Source: Candidatus Methanomethylophilaceae archaeon (GTDB lineage: Archaea; Thermoplasmatota; Thermoplasmata; Methanomassiliicoccales; Methanomethylophilaceae). Taken from it: a stretch of DNA of 64,000 nt. The notes below the pieces were generated by a model. The model made no database searches, was not told where the DNA came from, and was given only the letters and a program-made list of their open reading frames with translations. Shown here piece after piece: positions 18,570 through 27,476 of this stretch (position 1 is its first letter; each line of letters starts with the position of its first letter). The position numbers were made by a program, and so were the translations under genes. Where the stretch lies: positions 72,705 through 136,704 of the forward strand of contig JBMNQN010000002.1 in assembly GCA_050944155.1 (NCBI GenBank), in the 5' to 3' direction.

Positions 18570-19790
18570 TCAGTCTCCGAGATTTGCCAGTTCCGTGGCT
18601 TCCCTGATTCTCTTTTCCAGCTGGGGCGGAAGTCCCGCGATGCCTCCGGAAAGGAATCCTCTGACAATCATGCTCACCGCCTGTTCTTCCGACAGACCTC
18701 TCGACATAAGGTACTCGATCTGTTCTCTGGCTATTTTGCCGACGGCGGCTTCGTGGGTCATTTCCAGATCCGCTTCGTTGGCTTCCAGTTCGGGGATGGC
18801 GATGGTGCTTCCGCCTTCTTTGAGGATTATGCTCTTGCATTCCAGGTGGGCTTTGACGCCGGGGGCGTTTCCGACCAGACGTCCGCGGGCGGTCATTTTT
18901 CCTCCAACGGCTATGCTTCTGCTGATGATTTCGGCGGAAGTTCCCCTGCTGTTCATGATGGCAACCGAACCGTTGTCTATGTCGGAGCCTTCGTGCGCTA
19001 TGCACATGGAATTGAATTTGGCGGTCGAGCCCTCTCCGTTAAGATTTACGATGGGGTTGGACTGCAACGTTCCCACCTTCTCGAGAATGACGTAGTTGTT
19101 GGAATAATGGGAATTCTTGCCGACGACTATTCCGGTTCTGGGTCTTACCGCGGTTTCCTCTCCCCAGTTGTGAATCATGGAGAAATCCATCGATGCGTTG
19201 TCTCCGAGGAAAGATTCCGTGACGCCTATGTGTACGGCTTCGTCCGCACCGGGTCCGGTGGCACATCCCGTAATGAAGTTCGCGGACGCGCCGTCTTCGA
19301 CCACTACTATGTTGTGCACGTGCTGAATCGATTTGTCGGATTTCAGGAGCATGCACGCCTGAATAGGAGCTTCGATTTTGTATCCGGCTTTGACTCTTAT
19401 GAAGTAGCCGTCAGATTTTTCCAGGTACGTCAGTGCCGTGAATTTATCTTTTTCCGGAGCAACCGCCGTCCACATAAGGTCCTTGACCCAGTCGTATTTT
19501 TTGACCGCCTGTTTGGTCGTCAGTATCTCGACTCCGTCGGGCAGTTTGTTGGAGCAGTGGCTCATACTGTTGTCTATGAACATGACGGTTCCGGAACGGA
19601 GCGACTCGTCCGGCGAAATTCCAACGCTGGTCATGGTTTCTTTGAACTCGTTCTGGGAACCTTCCAAATCGTCTATGACGGGTGAATCTCTGCATACGGG
19701 ATTGTATTTTTCCAAATCCACGTCTCTGCCGTATGCGGCTTTTTTGTCCAGAGCCTCTCTTACAGCTTTGTCACTATTACGTTCTGACAT
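18570..19790 (-). CDS. sufB: SufB/SufD-family Fe-S scaffold (SmsB-type)
   Basis: HNIVVVE, VRPRT, HLECK, IPELE, THEAAVGKI..EQIEYLMSRGL. Confidence 0.9.
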   Translation of the reverse strand: MSERNSDKAVREALDKKAAYGRDVDLEKYNPVCRDSPVIDDLEGSQNEFKETMTSVGISPDESLRSGTVMFIDNSMSHCSNKLPDGVEILTTKQAVKKYDWVKDLMWTAVAPEKDKFTALTYLEKSDGYFIRVKAGYKIEAPIQACMLLKSDKSIQHVHNIVVVEDGASANFITGCATGPGADEAVHIGVTESFLGDNASMDFSMIHNWGEETAVRPRTGIVVGKNSHYSNNYVILEKVGTLQSNPIVNLNGEGSTAKFNSMCIAHEGSDIDNGSVAIMNSRGTSAEIISRSIAVGGKMTARGRLVGNAPGVKAHLECKSIILKEGGSTIAIPELEANEADLEMTHEAAVGKIAREQIEYLMSRGLSEEQAVSMIVRGFLSGGIAGLPPQLEKRIREATELANLGD

Positions 19791-20518
19791 GTTTCGCAGT
19801 CTCCGTATCCGTTCTTTCTGATCATTGCAAGCAGTTCGGTGGGTCTTCCCGAACACCTTATGCGCCCTTTGTCCATGACGTAGGCTTTATCGGCTCCGAT
19901 ATAGTCGAGAACCTGTCCCGTGTGAGTAATTACCAAAGCGGAAATATTCTTCATCCCGTCAGATCCGCATTCGGCCCGATCGTAAAGCAGATCGTGGATT
20001 TTGTTTCCTATGAGATCGATGCTCTGCAAGTCCACGCCGGATTCCGGTTCGTCCAGCATAACAAAGTCGGGGCGCTGGGCGGTAAGCTGGAAAAGTTCCG
20101 ATCTTTTTATCTCCCCTCCGGAGAAACCGACGTTCACGTCTCTCTCCAAAAAGGGTTCCATTTTGAATTCGTCGGCTCTTGCCATCACGTCTCCTGCGCA
20201 TTCCTTGTCGGCCGAAGTTTTCACCAGTTCTCCGAGTTTCACTCCGGTGATGTTGGGGGGCCTCTGCATCATCATTCCGATACCGCGTTTGGCACGTTCG
20301 TCCACGGGCAGGTCCGTTATGTCCTCTCCCTTGAAAATTATGCTGCCTTTGGTAATTTTGCAGGTGCTGTAACCCATAATGGCGGAGAGCAGCGTGGATT
20401 TTCCCGAACCGTTGGGGCCGAAAAGAATGCAAATCTCCCCGTCTTCTATTTTCAGGTTCACGCCCTTCAGGATTTCCCTGTCTCCGGCGGTTGCGTGAAG
20501 ATCTATGATTTCGAGCAT
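19760..20518 (-). CDS. sufC: SufC-family Fe-S assembly ATPase (SmsC-type)
   Basis: GPNGSGKS, NVGFSGGEIKR, LDEPESGVD, ITH, C-terminal CETC. Confidence 0.92.
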   Translation of the reverse strand: MLEIIDLHATAGDREILKGVNLKIEDGEICILFGPNGSGKSTLLSAIMGYSTCKITKGSIIFKGEDITDLPVDERAKRGIGMMMQRPPNITGVKLGELVKTSADKECAGDVMARADEFKMEPFLERDVNVGFSGGEIKRSELFQLTAQRPDFVMLDEPESGVDLQSIDLIGNKIHDLLYDRAECGSDGMKNISALVITHTGQVLDYIGADKAYVMDKGRIRCSGRPTELLAMIRKNGYGDCETCQNVIVTKL

Positions 20519-20684
20519 TATCTCACTTAAACGGCGATGTTAATCTATCGTTAAATACTTGTCTCCGAGGGTCCGGAACGGGTATGTTTCCGTTCCTCTG
20601 GGTTTCTTGTTCTCCGGACGGAGACGTACATTTTCGAAGCGGTTATGACAAAAGATTATAGCGCTTCAAACAATCATCCGGAAC

Positions 20685-21260
20685 ATGAAAGTCATCGCGC
20701 TCAACGGCAGCCCCCGTCTTCTGGGAAACACGTCCGGTATACTCATGGATATGCTGGACAGATTTTCCAAAGAAGGCTTGGAGACCGAGCACATTCAGCT
20801 TTATTCTTACAATTTCATCCCGTGCAACGACTGCAGGTCCTGCGAGATCAGAGGGGACGGACGCTGCATAATCGAGGACGACGGACTGAACGAACTGGTG
20901 GAAAAACTGAGATGCGCGGACGGGATAGTTTTCGCAAGCCCGGCTTACTACGGAGGAGTGACGGGACAGATGAAGATATTCATGGAACGCGCGGGACTTT
21001 CCTTGGAGATGGGGGATCTGGGTCTTAAACACAAAGTCGGCGGTGCAATAGCGGTTGCCGCTCACGACGGCGCCTCCGCGGCCTATTCCCAAATGGTCAA
21101 TTTCATGCTCCGCAATCAGATGATCGTGTGCGGTTCCGCCCCCCAGACGGTTTTCAGGGCGCTGAATTCCCCTCAGTTCGAAAACGATACCGCTGCAGTA
21201 AAGGCGGTATCCGTCCTGGCCGACGAAATGATGTATGCCATGGAACGTCTTTCGGAGTAA
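20685..21260 (+). CDS. Iron-sulfur flavoprotein (Isf)/flavodoxin family
   Basis: NGSPR..GNT, CNDCRSC(x7)C, SPAYYG. Confidence 0.88.
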   Translation: MKVIALNGSPRLLGNTSGILMDMLDRFSKEGLETEHIQLYSYNFIPCNDCRSCEIRGDGRCIIEDDGLNELVEKLRCADGIVFASPAYYGGVTGQMKIFMERAGLSLEMGDLGLKHKVGGAIAVAAHDGASAAYSQMVNFMLRNQMIVCGSAPQTVFRALNSPQFENDTAAVKAVSVLADEMMYAMERLSE

Positions 21261-21983
21261 TCAGAAGAAGAAAAAGCCGCACCCTTCGCTTTTAGAGATT
21301 TCCGCGACGCATTCCATGCGGTCGAGAGTTCCGCTGTACCAGTTGACCTTCTGTTTTCCTTCCTTGGGAAGAGCTTCTCTCAGAATCGCTATTTCCTTCA
21401 GCAGGGATTCCGCGTCTTCGGGAGTAAGTTCTTTTTTTGAGGCTGCCATTTCCGGAACAGAAGCCACGATGGGGCATCCGTATTTGTCCGCGATTCCGGG
21501 AAGCTGGCTCTTATCGGGGCCGAAGGTTCCTATGCATCCTCTTCCCTTATCCCAGGAAAGTGCGCATTCGGCGCATATTTCGGCCATTTCGTCAAACGTA
21601 ACCAATTCCCATTCCGTGGTGCGGTTTTCGGGTCTGGATTCGGCCAGAGCCTTTTCCGCATCGTCGGAATCAAGAAGACCCAGTTCCACCCATCCGGTAT
21701 AACTGGATTCGGCCAGGGGTTTCAGTTTCGCGATGTCGTTTTCGTCGGTCAGCAGTTCGGTGTGTACGGTTTCTGTATCTTTACCGAGTCTGTTTCTTTT
21801 AAGGAAGGATCCCCAGTCGTCCACAACTTTTTCCGCGGATTCTTTTGACACGGTGTGCTGTATTTCCGCAGCTTCCCCGTATTTTTCCGGATTATCGGTA
21901 AGCACCCTCACGATTTTCAGTTTCTTTTCTCTGCAGAGTGCGTTTCTGCATTCGGTTTCCCTGATTGCGATATTGATTCCCAT
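21261..21983 (-). CDS. Cys-rich hypothetical protein
   Basis: CRNALC, CAECALSW...GCIG, GCP, C-terminal GCGFFFF; last gene of a 3-gene run. Confidence 0.7.
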   Translation of the reverse strand: MGINIAIRETECRNALCREKKLKIVRVLTDNPEKYGEAAEIQHTVSKESAEKVVDDWGSFLKRNRLGKDTETVHTELLTDENDIAKLKPLAESSYTGWVELGLLDSDDAEKALAESRPENRTTEWELVTFDEMAEICAECALSWDKGRGCIGTFGPDKSQLPGIADKYGCPIVASVPEMAASKKELTPEDAESLLKEIAILREALPKEGKQKVNWYSGTLDRMECVAEISKSEGCGFFFF

Positions 21984-21994
21984 TGTTTTTTCTC

Positions 21995-22531
21995 TCACCC
22001 GTCAAGAGACTCGAGGTATTTTTCTCTGTTGCTCTTGTAAGTGACGGGGACGAGCATCATTTTCAGGGCTATCAGTACGGCGAGAATGTAGAATATTCCA
22101 ATCATGTCTATGGAAACGGTTACCGAATCCACGGACAGATCTCCTCCGCTTCCGAAACCGGATGTGTCCATGCTTACGGGGACCACGCCCGTCCGGAATA
22201 TGAGCAGCATCCAAATCAGCGAGTAAGCCAGAGCCACGAAGCTTGCGGCGGCTCTGGCTTTGTTGCCTTTTGCGTAAAAAGCGGTGAAGAACGAGATTAT
22301 GATGACGGGTATGCCGTAAATCATGTATCTTTCCACGGTTTCCTTCAGCGTTTCGATGGTGGGAGCCATTTCGTCCCCCATGCCCATGGTATCCAGCATG
22401 TTTCCCATTATGTACAGCACAATCAGAGGCACGACCACGATGGAAACGAAGCTCATGAACGAAGACGTGGCACCCCTCAGGAACGAACCGTGTCCCGCAT
22501 CCTGTCCGAACGTTGTGTTTTCGGTCATCAC
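21995..22531 (-). CDS. Membrane protein (4 TM)
   Basis: Four hydrophobic segments; 4-nt overlap with the upstream gene. Confidence 0.75.
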   Translation of the reverse strand: MMTENTTFGQDAGHGSFLRGATSSFMSFVSIVVVPLIVLYIMGNMLDTMGMGDEMAPTIETLKETVERYMIYGIPVIIISFFTAFYAKGNKARAAASFVALAYSLIWMLLIFRTGVVPVSMDTSGFGSGGDLSVDSVTVSIDMIGIFYILAVLIALKMMLVPVTYKSNREKYLESLDG

Positions 22532-23565
22532 GGCACCTCCGGTTTGTAAGTTTCCATAATATTCGAGACGGCTTCTATCATAAGGTCCATCTCTTCCTGG
22601 GTAAGAATTACGGTTTCTTCTCCCTCGCCGATATCGTAAGTTATGGTGTAATCTCCGCCTTCATAATATTCGTTCAGAGCGTCGATTATTTTGTCCGTTC
22701 CGCCGTCAACCACTGCGGAGAATCCTGATCCGGTGTTTTCCACACTGATGCTGACTCCGCCTATTTTGGCATTGACGTCGGTTCCGACGGGAATCATGGC
22801 AACCACCGGTCCGGCCGCTTCTATCTTATTTTCGGTGACGCTTATGGTTGGGGCTCCCGACGGGGCGTAAGAGGCGGCCACGGTTATGTCGGCGCCGGCT
22901 ATTCCCTTCATGTATTTCCCGGCCACGTTGATGTCCATGTTGATTTTCATGGTGTCCTTTTCGCCTGCCAGCATGATCATGGCGTTGTTCAGGTAATTGA
23001 TTTCTATATCGATTCCCGCGGAGCGGGTCTCTTCGGGTTCGACGGTGAACACGGGAGTTTCCGCAATGAGATACTTTATCGTCCCGTCCTTGGAGACCTG
23101 GTTTACGCTGACGGAAATATCCTGAAGACTGTAGCGCAGATAGTTGGTCAGCGTGACTTCCGTGTACATTTTCATTCTGACGCCGGCTTTTTCCACGAGA
23201 ACCATGCTCTGTTTCAGAACCTCTCCGGCGGAATCCTTCAGAACGGCGGTTTTCCCCATATGTTCCGTCTGCAGTTCAGTCACCGCGGCGGAAACGCTGG
23301 CGGAATTTCCCTGATTCACGGTGATTACGTAACTGTCGTCCACGTACACCTTTGCGTCGGTTCCGTTGGAATTGACCGCGTCGGAAAAGTTGTACTTCAT
23401 GACTTCCGTGTCGGGAGTCACTTCGTAGACGCATTCCACTCCCAGTTCTCCTTCCACGGGCATCCCGTCCGTTTTGGTGGGGACCACGCCCAAAATAATA
23501 AACGCGGCAAGTGCCACGACTACGAGGGCATATATGCCGTGAGCAACAACGCTGTAGGCTTTCAC
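22528..23565 (-). CDS. Membrane-anchored extracellular beta-rich protein
   Basis: N-terminal TM then V/T/I-rich beta-type sequence. Confidence 0.75.
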   Translation of the reverse strand: MKAYSVVAHGIYALVVVALAAFIILGVVPTKTDGMPVEGELGVECVYEVTPDTEVMKYNFSDAVNSNGTDAKVYVDDSYVITVNQGNSASVSAAVTELQTEHMGKTAVLKDSAGEVLKQSMVLVEKAGVRMKMYTEVTLTNYLRYSLQDISVSVNQVSKDGTIKYLIAETPVFTVEPEETRSAGIDIEINYLNNAMIMLAGEKDTMKINMDINVAGKYMKGIAGADITVAASYAPSGAPTISVTENKIEAAGPVVAMIPVGTDVNAKIGGVSISVENTGSGFSAVVDGGTDKIIDALNEYYEGGDYTITYDIGEGEETVILTQEEMDLMIEAVSNIMETYKPEVP

Positions 23566-23696
23566 GTTACTGTATCGTATGCTATCTTTAAAGTAACCTG
23601 TGTTTTCTGCCGTTCCGGAACCGGATTACCACATTTGCTTTCTTGTTCGGGACGTATGGGAAAAAATGATAATAGAAACAGCCATGGGGTATCAGA

Positions 23697-24188
23697 ATGG
23701 CAGACATCCGTATCAGAAAGAGAAAAAGGATGAGGGAAAAAGACGCAAAAGCGATGTCGCTCGAATTATCTGAAGCGACGGGTGTACCCGTATTTTCGGA
23801 AAACGAACACGTGGACACCGCCGAAAGCACCGATTACGGACTGATATTCGCCGGCGGGGACATCGTCGGTATGATTTACGAGGAAAAACCGTTTCTGACC
23901 ATACGGGGGATTCTGAAATATAAACCGGTCAAACGTTTCGTAACGGTGGACATGGGGGCGGTGCCGTTCATATCCAACGGAGCCGACGCCATGGGTCCCG
24001 GAATCACCGACGCTGACCCGGAAATCAAAGAAGGCGACATGGTGTGGATCCGCGATATCAAAAACGGAGCTCCCCTTGCGGTCGGCGTGGCTCTGCGTCC
24101 CGCAGACAGACTTATGGCGAAAGAATCCGGGAAAGCCGTAAAGACCGTGCATTACATAGGCGACAGACTCTGGAAAACCGGGGAGTGA
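23697..24188 (+). CDS. PUA-domain RNA-binding protein (DUF1947+PUA, MCT-1/Tma20-like)
   Basis: VTVDMGAVPFISNGADAMGPGI, GKAVKTVHYIGD.LW. Confidence 0.9.
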   Translation: MADIRIRKRKRMREKDAKAMSLELSEATGVPVFSENEHVDTAESTDYGLIFAGGDIVGMIYEEKPFLTIRGILKYKPVKRFVTVDMGAVPFISNGADAMGPGITDADPEIKEGDMVWIRDIKNGAPLAVGVALRPADRLMAKESGKAVKTVHYIGDRLWKTGE

Positions 24189-24191
24189 CAC

Positions 24192-24539
24192 ATGCTGGGA
24201 TTCGGACGCGGCAAGCAATCCGAAGAAAGATATTTCGTGGATTTGGACAACGGTTCCTCGGGGGCGTTCGATTACGACGTTAAGATTACCGCGGTGGAGA
24301 TGAGAGGCTACGGCGACGTAGTTGCCGTTTCTGATATGGTACGCCGCGGAGAAATGCTGGTTGTCGATCTGTCCAATTTTGCCGACGTGGAATCCAAACG
24401 CAGGGACGCAATCAAAGAACTCCGCGATCTTTCGGCGGAAACCGGAGGTTCGTTTTCGGAGATGTCCGGAAGAACGGTCATAATCGTTCCGCCCGGCGTC
24501 GGATTGGAGAAAGTCCGCATAACCCGCAGGAACAGATGA
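24192..24539 (+). CDS. sepF: Cell division protein SepF (archaeal type)
   Basis: YFVDL N-terminus, GEMLVVDL, GG, VIIVPPGV. Confidence 0.75.
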   Translation: MLGFGRGKQSEERYFVDLDNGSSGAFDYDVKITAVEMRGYGDVVAVSDMVRRGEMLVVDLSNFADVESKRRDAIKELRDLSAETGGSFSEMSGRTVIIVPPGVGLEKVRITRRNR

Positions 24540-24540
24540 T

Positions 24541-25845
24541 ATGCCCGCAAAAACAGTTCACGACCCGCTTCACGGAAGCATAAAACTCGACGGATTATTT
24601 TTGGAACTGGCGGACAGGCATGAAATGCAGAGGCTGCGCTACGTCAGGCAGTTGGGTTTCGGAAATTACGTGTTTCCGGGAGCCAACCACACAAGATTCG
24701 AACATTCCCTCGGAGTCTACCACCTTTCCGGAAAGATGGCGGACGCGCTTTCCCTTTCGAAAGAAGAATCCGATACGGTACGTGCTGCCGGAATGCTGCA
24801 CGACATATGCCACGCGCCGTTCTCCCACACCCTGGACGACGTAATAGAATCCCGTCTGGGGACGGACCACATGGAATTGGCAAGGATGCTCATCGAAGGC
24901 AGAATAAAGACCTACCAGGACAAGGACGAAGAGATTCTCGCAGGTACCGGGCCCATTTCGGAAATACTCGAAAAGAACGGAATATCCGCGGAAAAAGTAT
25001 GCGATCTCATCGCGTTCCCGGAAGCTCCCCGTCCGGATCTGAATTCTTTTTCCAGGGATTCCGGGCAGTCATTTTTCACCTCCGGCGATTACCTGCATCA
25101 GATAATCCACGGTCCGGTGGATTCGGATCAGATGGATTATCTTCTCAGAGACGCCCATTACACCGGAGTCACCCACGGTCTGATTGACGTGGAAAGACTT
25201 CTTTCGACGATAAGGGTGTTCAACGACAGGCTTGTGGTGGAAAAGGGAGGGATGACGGCCGCCGAAGGCCTCATGGTCTCCAGATCTCTGATGTACACAT
25301 CGGTGTACTATCACGAGACGGTCCGCGTGGCGGAGATGATGATGCTGAAAGCCCTGGAAGCTTCGAATCTGGATATCGGTGACATACATCTCTGGACGGA
25401 TTACGAACTGACGCTTATGATGGAAAATCAGGGAAAGCGTTCCGCACGCATAGTGCGCAGCATTATGAACCGCAGACTCTACAAAAAGGCATTTACCGGA
25501 TATACGGCTGATATGAGCGAAGACGAAATCCACAATCTGGCACAATATACTTCATACGAATCCAGAAAAAAACTGGAGCAGGAAATCGCCGACATTGCCG
25601 ATGTCGATATCAGCGAAGTCGCGGTAGATATTCCGTCGGAATCCGCCCTGTTTTCGAAAATAAGCATAGGAAAAACCGACGTTTCGATTCTGGACGGAGA
25701 GAGGGTGAGAAGCATAACCAAACTTTCGTCGATTTCCAAATCACTTCAGGCAAGGGATGTTTTCAGATGGGCGGTGCTCGTATCATGCCCGGCGGATAAA
25801 TTCGAAGCGGTGGCGAAAGCCGCGGAAAGCGTACTCAGCCTTTGA
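24541..25845 (+). CDS. HD-superfamily phosphohydrolase (SAMHD1/dNTPase-like)
   Basis: QRLRYVRQLG, HTRFEHSLG, HDICH, DSDQMDYLLRD, VYYH. Confidence 0.9.
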   Translation: MPAKTVHDPLHGSIKLDGLFLELADRHEMQRLRYVRQLGFGNYVFPGANHTRFEHSLGVYHLSGKMADALSLSKEESDTVRAAGMLHDICHAPFSHTLDDVIESRLGTDHMELARMLIEGRIKTYQDKDEEILAGTGPISEILEKNGISAEKVCDLIAFPEAPRPDLNSFSRDSGQSFFTSGDYLHQIIHGPVDSDQMDYLLRDAHYTGVTHGLIDVERLLSTIRVFNDRLVVEKGGMTAAEGLMVSRSLMYTSVYYHETVRVAEMMMLKALEASNLDIGDIHLWTDYELTLMMENQGKRSARIVRSIMNRRLYKKAFTGYTADMSEDEIHNLAQYTSYESRKKLEQEIADIADVDISEVAVDIPSESALFSKISIGKTDVSILDGERVRSITKLSSISKSLQARDVFRWAVLVSCPADKFEAVAKAAESVLSL

Positions 25846-27286
25846 CCACGCCTATGGGCGTAAGTTTGGCGACAACGGAAGAAATTCCCGCTCCGTTTAC
25901 CACTTCGATTACGTCGTCTATGTCTTTGTACGCGTCGGGAGCTTCTTCCGTAAGTCCCTCGTCGGAACCGCTCATCAGAACTATTCCTTTGGAAGCCATG
26001 GATTTTCTGATCCCGGGAGCGGTGAATCCGGCGGAAGCGGATTTTCTGGACATTTTCCTTCCCGCGCCGTGGCAGGTGGACCCGAAGGTTTCTTCCATTG
26101 CGCCTTTGCGCCCCAGAAGAACGTAGGTTCCGGTGCTCATGTCTCCGGGAATTATCACCGGCTGTCCGGTATCTCTGTACTTAAGGGGAATTTCGGTTCT
26201 TCCTGCCGCGAATGCGCGGGTGGCGCCCTTGCGGTGCACAAGAACTTCCGTTTTCTTCCCTTCCACGGTGTGGGTTTCTTTCTTGGCGATATTGTGCGCA
26301 ACGTCGTAAACGAGATGCATATCCATCTCTTCGGCGGACCTTTTCAGAACCTTTTCGAAAGATTCCCTTATCCAATGCATAATCATCTGCCTGTTGGCCC
26401 ATGCGTAATTCGCGCCGCAGCACATCGATTTGTAGTAATCCTCTCCCTCTTTAGATTTCAGGGGAGCGCATGCAAGCTGTCTGTCCGGCAGTTTTATCCT
26501 GTTATCGTGAACGTAACGCTCCATAATCTGAACGTAATCGGTGGCTATCTGATGGCCGCACCCCCTGGAACCGCAGTGAACCGTTATCGTAACCGTTCCT
26601 TCTTCCAGACCGAAGGCCTTTGCTGCTTCCCGGTCGGCGATTCTTTCGACGGTGTCTATTTCGAGAAAATGGTTCCCGGAGCCCAGGGAACCGAGCTGGG
26701 GAAGTCCTCTTTTCTTTGCGCGGGTGCTCACCAGGGACGGGTCCGCGTTTTTCATGCATCCGTTTTCTTCGGTTGTATCCAGGTCGCATTCCCATCCGTA
26801 GCCGTTTTCCACGGCCCATTCGGAGCCGTATGCCAGAACATCGTCCAAATCCTTGGCTCCAAGTTTCGTAAGACCCTTGGAACCGAGTCCCGAAGGAACG
26901 TTGGAATACAGCTCCTTCATGAGTTCTTTCATGCTGTCGCCGATATCTTCGGGAGTAAGATTCGTTTTTATGAGCCGCACTCCGCAGTTGATGTCGAAAC
27001 CGATTCCTCCCGGAGAGATGCTTCCCTCGTCGGCATCCACGGCGGCCACTCCCCCTATGGGAAAACCGTAGCCCCAATGTATGTCGGGCATGGCAAGGGA
27101 ATTTCCGACGATTCCGGGAATACACGCGACGTTGGCCGCCTGAAGGGGCGCGCTGTCGGAACGTATCTGGGGAATCATTTTTTCGCTGGCATAGACGACG
27201 GCGTCGGTGCGCATGCACGGCACTTCCCCTCTGGGTATACGCCATCTGTACCCGTCGATTTTTTCAAGATTTCCGTTCCAGCCCAT
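25835..27286 (-). CDS. rtcB: RNA-splicing ligase RtcB
   Basis: MPDIHWGYGFPIG, DINCG, GSGNHF, HCGSR, HNIAK, HGAGR, EEAPDAYK; start set at ATG 27286. Confidence 0.96.
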   Translation of the reverse strand: MGWNGNLEKIDGYRWRIPRGEVPCMRTDAVVYASEKMIPQIRSDSAPLQAANVACIPGIVGNSLAMPDIHWGYGFPIGGVAAVDADEGSISPGGIGFDINCGVRLIKTNLTPEDIGDSMKELMKELYSNVPSGLGSKGLTKLGAKDLDDVLAYGSEWAVENGYGWECDLDTTEENGCMKNADPSLVSTRAKKRGLPQLGSLGSGNHFLEIDTVERIADREAAKAFGLEEGTVTITVHCGSRGCGHQIATDYVQIMERYVHDNRIKLPDRQLACAPLKSKEGEDYYKSMCCGANYAWANRQMIMHWIRESFEKVLKRSAEEMDMHLVYDVAHNIAKKETHTVEGKKTEVLVHRKGATRAFAAGRTEIPLKYRDTGQPVIIPGDMSTGTYVLLGRKGAMEETFGSTCHGAGRKMSRKSASAGFTAPGIRKSMASKGIVLMSGSDEGLTEEAPDAYKDIDDVIEVVNGAGISSVVAKLTPIGVVKG

Positions 27287-27312
27287 TTCGACCGCCGTTT
27301 CGAGAAGACAGG

Positions 27313-27387
27313 GGCCGGGACCGAGATTTGAACCCGAGTCGGGGGATCCACAGTCCCCCAGGATAACCAAGCTACCCTATCCCGGCC
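27313..27387 (-). tRNA. tRNA-His (GTG) with encoded G-1
   Basis: Acceptor GCCGGGA/TCCCGGC, anticodon arm GGGGA-CTGTGGA-TCCCC, T arm GGTTCAAAT, C discriminator; CCA not fully encoded. Confidence 0.95.
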
Positions 27388-27476
27388 ATGCTGTGGACTG
27401 CCGATAAGCTCGATGTAAATAAATATTCTCTTGTTTCGGCGTTATGTTTATTTAACGCTCTCGGGATAAGTCGGTC

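Noticed and set aside
25835-27286. Possible intein in RtcB, or introns in the two tRNAs
   Set aside because: RtcB has normal length (483 aa) with contiguous motifs; both tRNAs fold without insertions.
25757-27331. 524-aa ORF antisense to rtcB
   Set aside because: Shadow ORF.
27287-27370. N-terminal extension of RtcB in the ORF track
   Set aside because: It is translated tRNA-His sequence; the real start is ATG 27286.
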